Assembly (NCBI GenBank): GCA_047606065.1
Contig: JASGEU010000133.1
Coordinates: forward strand, 28,905-92,904
DNA length: 64,000 bases
Direction: 5' to 3'
Source of the DNA: Mobilitalea sp.
GTDB lineage: Bacteria; Bacillota; Clostridia; Lachnospirales; Lachnospiraceae
Shown here in pieces: positions 60,216 to 64,000 of the stretch. The position numbers were made by a program, and so were the translations under genes. The notes beneath the pieces were generated by a model. It did not search any database and was not told the origin of the DNA. It saw only the letters and a list, made by a program, of their open reading frames with translations. Positions within the stretch are counted from its first letter, which is position 1. Each line of letters starts with the position of its first letter.

Positions 60216-61499
60216 CTATTTCTTAATATCCAGTTTTGATAATTCATCCGAAAGCTTATGTATATAATCCCTAAGAATGTGAATACAATCCTGTTCATGT
60301 GCAACGCCACGAACGATATCTTCAGCCAACGCTTTACAGGAGGGTGCTCCGCAGGAACCGCAATCGAGACCCGGGAACTTCTGACAAAGCTCCTCAACTC
60401 TTGCCATATTGGCAATACTCTCTTTCATATTCTTTCCTATATTAAAAACAGGCTCATAATGCACTCCGTTTGTCCAATAAGTGCTTTCGTCCTTTACTTG
60501 TTTTAAATGGTTACAAGCAACAGGTAAATATTTTCTAAGTCGTTTTAACTTCACCTTGGCAAGATACGGATTTTCTACTGTTAGAACTCCTCCCACACAG
60601 CCGCCTGCACAGGCATTTAGTTCTATGAACTCCAATTGGTCAAACTTATCATCTTCCAGATCCTCTAAGATTCGAATGACATTCTCTATTCCATCTGCCG
60701 CCAGGTAACTATCGGAAAATAAGCCGCCTGCTTCTCCACCTGTTACTCCCCAGCCAATTCCTATTCGTCCGGAATTACTTAGTTCTTCTGCATCATCAAT
60801 ACTTTGCTTCATAAGCGGCAGTAAGATCGGATAGACTTCCTTCATGGCTAAGACTCCATCAATTTCACTATGATCCACCCCAATCGCAGATTTTACAGCT
60901 GTAACTTTTGCAGGACAGGGGGATATAAAAATAATCCCGATCTTCTCCCTTGGGAGTCCCGTTTTTTCCATAGCAATATCCTTAGCTTTTGAGGCTGCCA
61001 GGTCAACCGGGGCGCAGATCGGTAGCAATTGTTCTATTAAATTGGGAAATCTTACTTGAATCAGACGTACTACGGAGGGACAGGCGGTACTAATGATTGG
61101 CCATTTCTCTCTATGCTCGGAGACATAAACTCTAGAAGCTTCAGACACTAATTCGGCAGCGCTGCTTACCTCATAAACATCATCAAACCCCATTTTTCTA
61201 AGGGCTGTTAATATAATATTTACATCTTCCAAGTGATTAAACTGACCATATAGTGAAGGCGGCGGTAATGCCACCGTATATTCAAACTTCTTCATGATAT
61301 CAGGTGAATCATAGGTTGCTTCTTTTGCATGATGAGGGCAGATTCGAATACATTCTCCGCAATCAATACAGAACTCTTTTGTAATTACAGCTTTTCCATT
61401 CCTTACTCTAATTGCCTGGGTCGGACAACGTTTGATACAGTTGATACAGCCCATACATAAGTCTTCCTTAAGGTGTACTGAAGTAAAAAACTCCCCCAT
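60216..61499 (-). CDS. Sensory-type [FeFe]-hydrogenase-like protein (2x4Fe-4S, H-domain, C-terminal FeS)
   Basis: Two CxxCxxCxxxC motifs; H-cluster motifs STACP, SPCPAK, ELNACAGGCVGG; C-terminal LDCGSCGAPSC..C. Confidence 0.8.
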   Translation of the reverse strand: MGEFFTSVHLKEDLCMGCINCIKRCPTQAIRVRNGKAVITKEFCIDCGECIRICPHHAKEATYDSPDIMKKFEYTVALPPPSLYGQFNHLEDVNIILTALRKMGFDDVYEVSSAAELVSEASRVYVSEHREKWPIISTACPSVVRLIQVRFPNLIEQLLPICAPVDLAASKAKDIAMEKTGLPREKIGIIFISPCPAKVTAVKSAIGVDHSEIDGVLAMKEVYPILLPLMKQSIDDAEELSNSGRIGIGWGVTGGEAGGLFSDSYLAADGIENVIRILEDLEDDKFDQLEFIELNACAGGCVGGVLTVENPYLAKVKLKRLRKYLPVACNHLKQVKDESTYWTNGVHYEPVFNIGKNMKESIANMARVEELCQKFPGLDCGSCGAPSCKALAEDIVRGVAHEQDCIHILRDYIHKLSDELSKLDIKK

Positions 61500-61575
61500 G
61501 CTCTTACCTCCCTATCCTACACAATACTGTAGCTTCTTCCTTGGAATTGTTTGTTATAAATTTAACTATCTAAAA

Positions 61576-62031
61576 TCAATTACTGGTAACTTCCTCGGGC
61601 TCCATCATTCTGACCTTCATCGTAACTGTTGTTCCAACCCCCAGAACCGTATCGATTTCCATTTCATCGGAATATTTTTTCATATTGGGCAGCCCCATTC
61701 CTGCTCCAAAACCCAAGGAGCGGATATTATCAGGAGCAGTGGAATAACCAACTTGCATTGCAAGTTCAACATCTGCAATTCCCGGTCCTTGATCCTTTAG
61801 AATCATCTCAATTTCATCCGGTGAAACAATGACATCTATTTTACCTCCATAAGCATGGATTACCATGTTGATTTCACCTTCATACATAGCAATTGCAACT
61901 TTACGGATAATTTCAGGCTTTACACCCATTTTCTTTAATTTACTTTTCACACTGCTGGAGGCCTCACCCGCCCTTGTAAAATCATTTGCAGGGACCTCAT
62001 AGGACATTATAATTGTATTTTCGTCGCTCAC
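61576..62031 (-). CDS. RsbT/SpoIIAB-like Ser/Thr kinase (anti-sigma regulatory factor)
   Basis: YEGEINMVIHA.GG, DQGPGI.D, GYSTA, GFGAGMGLPN. Confidence 0.85.
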   Translation of the reverse strand: MSDENTIIMSYEVPANDFTRAGEASSSVKSKLKKMGVKPEIIRKVAIAMYEGEINMVIHAYGGKIDVIVSPDEIEMILKDQGPGIADVELAMQVGYSTAPDNIRSLGFGAGMGLPNMKKYSDEMEIDTVLGVGTTVTMKVRMMEPEEVTSN

Positions 62032-62381
62032 TTATAATCCGGACCTCCTCGAAGACCATTTTCATACAACAATCCGCACGCCGAGAACATCCGATGTCCG
62101 GAAGTCAATAAAACAATCTCTTTCTCTTTTGCCAATTGTATCATTATTTCATCCGGATATTTTCCACGGACAAAAACGACACAAATAATATCCATCATTT
62201 CACACGTTCGAATTACCTGTGGATTACACAGACCGGTAAGTAACACCGATTGATCCTTCATAAATGCCAGCACATCACTCATCATATCAGAACCACAGGC
62301 TGTATGAACTTCTTTGTCCTTCCACTCTTCACCGACAACCCATTTTGCTTCCAGTATGTCTCTTACATCCGCAATTGTCAT
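62028..62381 (-). CDS. DRTGG-domain protein
   Basis: ACGSDMMSDVL..LLTGL.N.QVIRT..M.D...VFVRGK. Confidence 0.8.
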   Translation of the reverse strand: MTIADVRDILEAKWVVGEEWKDKEVHTACGSDMMSDVLAFMKDQSVLLTGLCNPQVIRTCEMMDIICVVFVRGKYPDEIMIQLAKEKEIVLLTSGHRMFSACGLLYENGLRGGPDYK

Positions 62382-62444
62382 ATCCTACCATGCCTTTCTT
62401 AATATCTGTAGAACTCGAGCCTTTGGTGCTAAGTTACATTTAAA

Positions 62445-63749
62445 TCAGGAAAGCATTGAGCCGCTAAACACTTCAAAGGAGCTATTTGCTACTTTCTTTG
62501 CCATGATTAGTGCTGTATTAGCATTTGCAAGCAAGTTCGCATAATCCTCTGCGCCTCTATGAAATGCAATTCCAATACTTACATTAAGATTGCTCTTTGT
62601 ATTTGTATAGGAGTGCAGAGCCTCTACTTTCTTGCAAAGACGTTCCGCAAGTTCATACACAATTCTATCTGTGGGAAGTTCTTTCACATAGATTACAAAT
62701 TCACTTACTCCCAATCTTCCAATAATATCACTGGTTCTAACCTGGCTTTTAAGAACACTGCCGATTGTGGTCAGTATGTTCTCTCCATTCATTATTTTTT
62801 TAACTTCATTAATACCTTTATAATTACGAATATCAATTAGTAAGAATGCAGAAAAAATATCCTCTTTTTGTTTTGAAGCAAAACTTTGTATTAAATTTAC
62901 CGCGGAATCCTTCGTACATACATTGGTGGTGGCATCTAGTACAACTTCCGGCTGTATTTCTACAGTTTCATAATTCACCATATTCATTGGTGAAAATTTA
63001 CCAACAACCTTAACGGGATTTTTATTTTCATCAAAAATTATAGAGGCATAACAAATGTACCAAACAGGAATACCATCCTTGGGAATTAGTCTAACTTCAA
63101 ACCTCGCCAATTTCCTTCCACTCATCATACTATTATAAATGGAGATGATCGCTGGAAGCTCTTCATCATGAACTATCTTGGTTTTCTCTAATCTTTTTCG
63201 AAAATTAGGAACTGTAGACTCCTTGCCAAATAACTCACGAAAATGCTCTGAAAAAGACATCGTATCGGTGGCTATTTCGTATTCAAAATACAAGTCTCTC
63301 GATAATTCTGATATAATTCTATGATAATCATTGCTCTGTTCCAGCTTTTTATATTTTTGCATCAGATTGGTTATATCAATTGCTATGCATGAATATACAG
63401 GATATGCTTTTGCACCTGGCTGATAAGCTTCCTCTGTTTTACTTCCATTTATAATTATCCATTTAAAACTGCCATCCTGTTGTAACGTTCGAAAATTTAA
63501 GCTAATCAAATTATCCTTACGTTGTTTTTGAGATGCGATTTGCTGAGTTAAATTTATAATATCTGCTGAATACACCATTCGTAACAGCGAGGTTAAACCC
63601 TTAACGTCCTTGTCCGTAACACTTTTAATTAATTTATAAAATGTATCTGTAGCATACAGGATGGAAAGCATATCATCCAGAGCTAATGTCGCAATCCCAC
63701 CTGGGGTGGTTTGTAATAGTCCATCTAATTGTTTATTTAATTCTTCCAT
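62445..63749 (-). CDS. PAS-PAS-GGDEF protein with a degenerate active site
   Basis: Two PAS-like segments; LIDIRNYKGINE; RTSD-IIGRL-GVSEF in place of GG(D/E)EF. Confidence 0.8.
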   Translation of the reverse strand: MEELNKQLDGLLQTTPGGIATLALDDMLSILYATDTFYKLIKSVTDKDVKGLTSLLRMVYSADIINLTQQIASQKQRKDNLISLNFRTLQQDGSFKWIIINGSKTEEAYQPGAKAYPVYSCIAIDITNLMQKYKKLEQSNDYHRIISELSRDLYFEYEIATDTMSFSEHFRELFGKESTVPNFRKRLEKTKIVHDEELPAIISIYNSMMSGRKLARFEVRLIPKDGIPVWYICYASIIFDENKNPVKVVGKFSPMNMVNYETVEIQPEVVLDATTNVCTKDSAVNLIQSFASKQKEDIFSAFLLIDIRNYKGINEVKKIMNGENILTTIGSVLKSQVRTSDIIGRLGVSEFVIYVKELPTDRIVYELAERLCKKVEALHSYTNTKSNLNVSIGIAFHRGAEDYANLLANANTALIMAKKVANSSFEVFSGSMLS

Positions 63750-64000
63750 TTATAACGCCTTCCTAAAGTTCATCAGACATTTTTTCTTCAAAAAATTCTA
63801 ATAACAGCATAAAATTACTATTTTCTTTTACTTTGTATTATAATACATTTTGCTAATAAATACAATGCAGGAATAACCGAGGTTATGGTACCTTTCCTGC
63901 GTTAGTAAATTGTTGTAAATCAAGTTTGTACATGTTGTATATTCTTAAATTTTCAAAAATAGTTAACGTTGTTAATATTTTTTGTAGATTTTTTAACACG

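Noticed and set aside
4592-62840. Many ORF-track entries antisense to or out of frame within real genes (e.g. 4592-4972, 7547-7891, 36954-37403, 40172-40582, 50557-50850, 50943-51614)
   Set aside because: Shadow ORFs of well-supported genes; no RBS or family motifs
1-64000. tRNA, rRNA, tmRNA, SRP, RNase P, IS transposases
   Set aside because: No characteristic signatures seen by eye; a covariance-model scan would be needed to exclude them fully

Overview
A 64-kb AT-rich chromosomal segment from a spore-forming clostridial Firmicute (gene content and order suggest Lachnospiraceae; this is inference). Core genes: mfd, pth, spoVG, murC, a DnaD plus DnaC/DnaI-like pair, prs, a class A PBP, a YhaO/YhaN-like pair, pstSCAB, asnS, cspA, queT and an LCP protein. 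Accessory modules: a complete convergent agr quorum-sensing locus whose agrD the ORF track misses and which has no cysteine; a Bce-type TCS plus ABC transporter; three ECF sigma/anti-sigma pairs; an HD-family dNTPase-like gene; an orphan holin; a six-gene UbiD/UbiA/ABC importer/UbiX operon that looks like a quinone head-group salvage system; and a sensory [FeFe]-hydrogenase signalling cluster preceded by a degenerate GGDEF protein. Non-coding signals: five copies of a 40-bp palindromic REP-like repeat, a dense DnaA-box cluster upstream of dnaD, a preQ1-I riboswitch, Pho-box and Bce-box motifs, two candidate structured RNAs, and a deletion scar fusing a YafY-type regulator start to an Fpg/Nei fragment. 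I found no rRNA, tRNA, CRISPR array, transposase or integrase. Functional calls rest on motif recognition only; no database searches were run.
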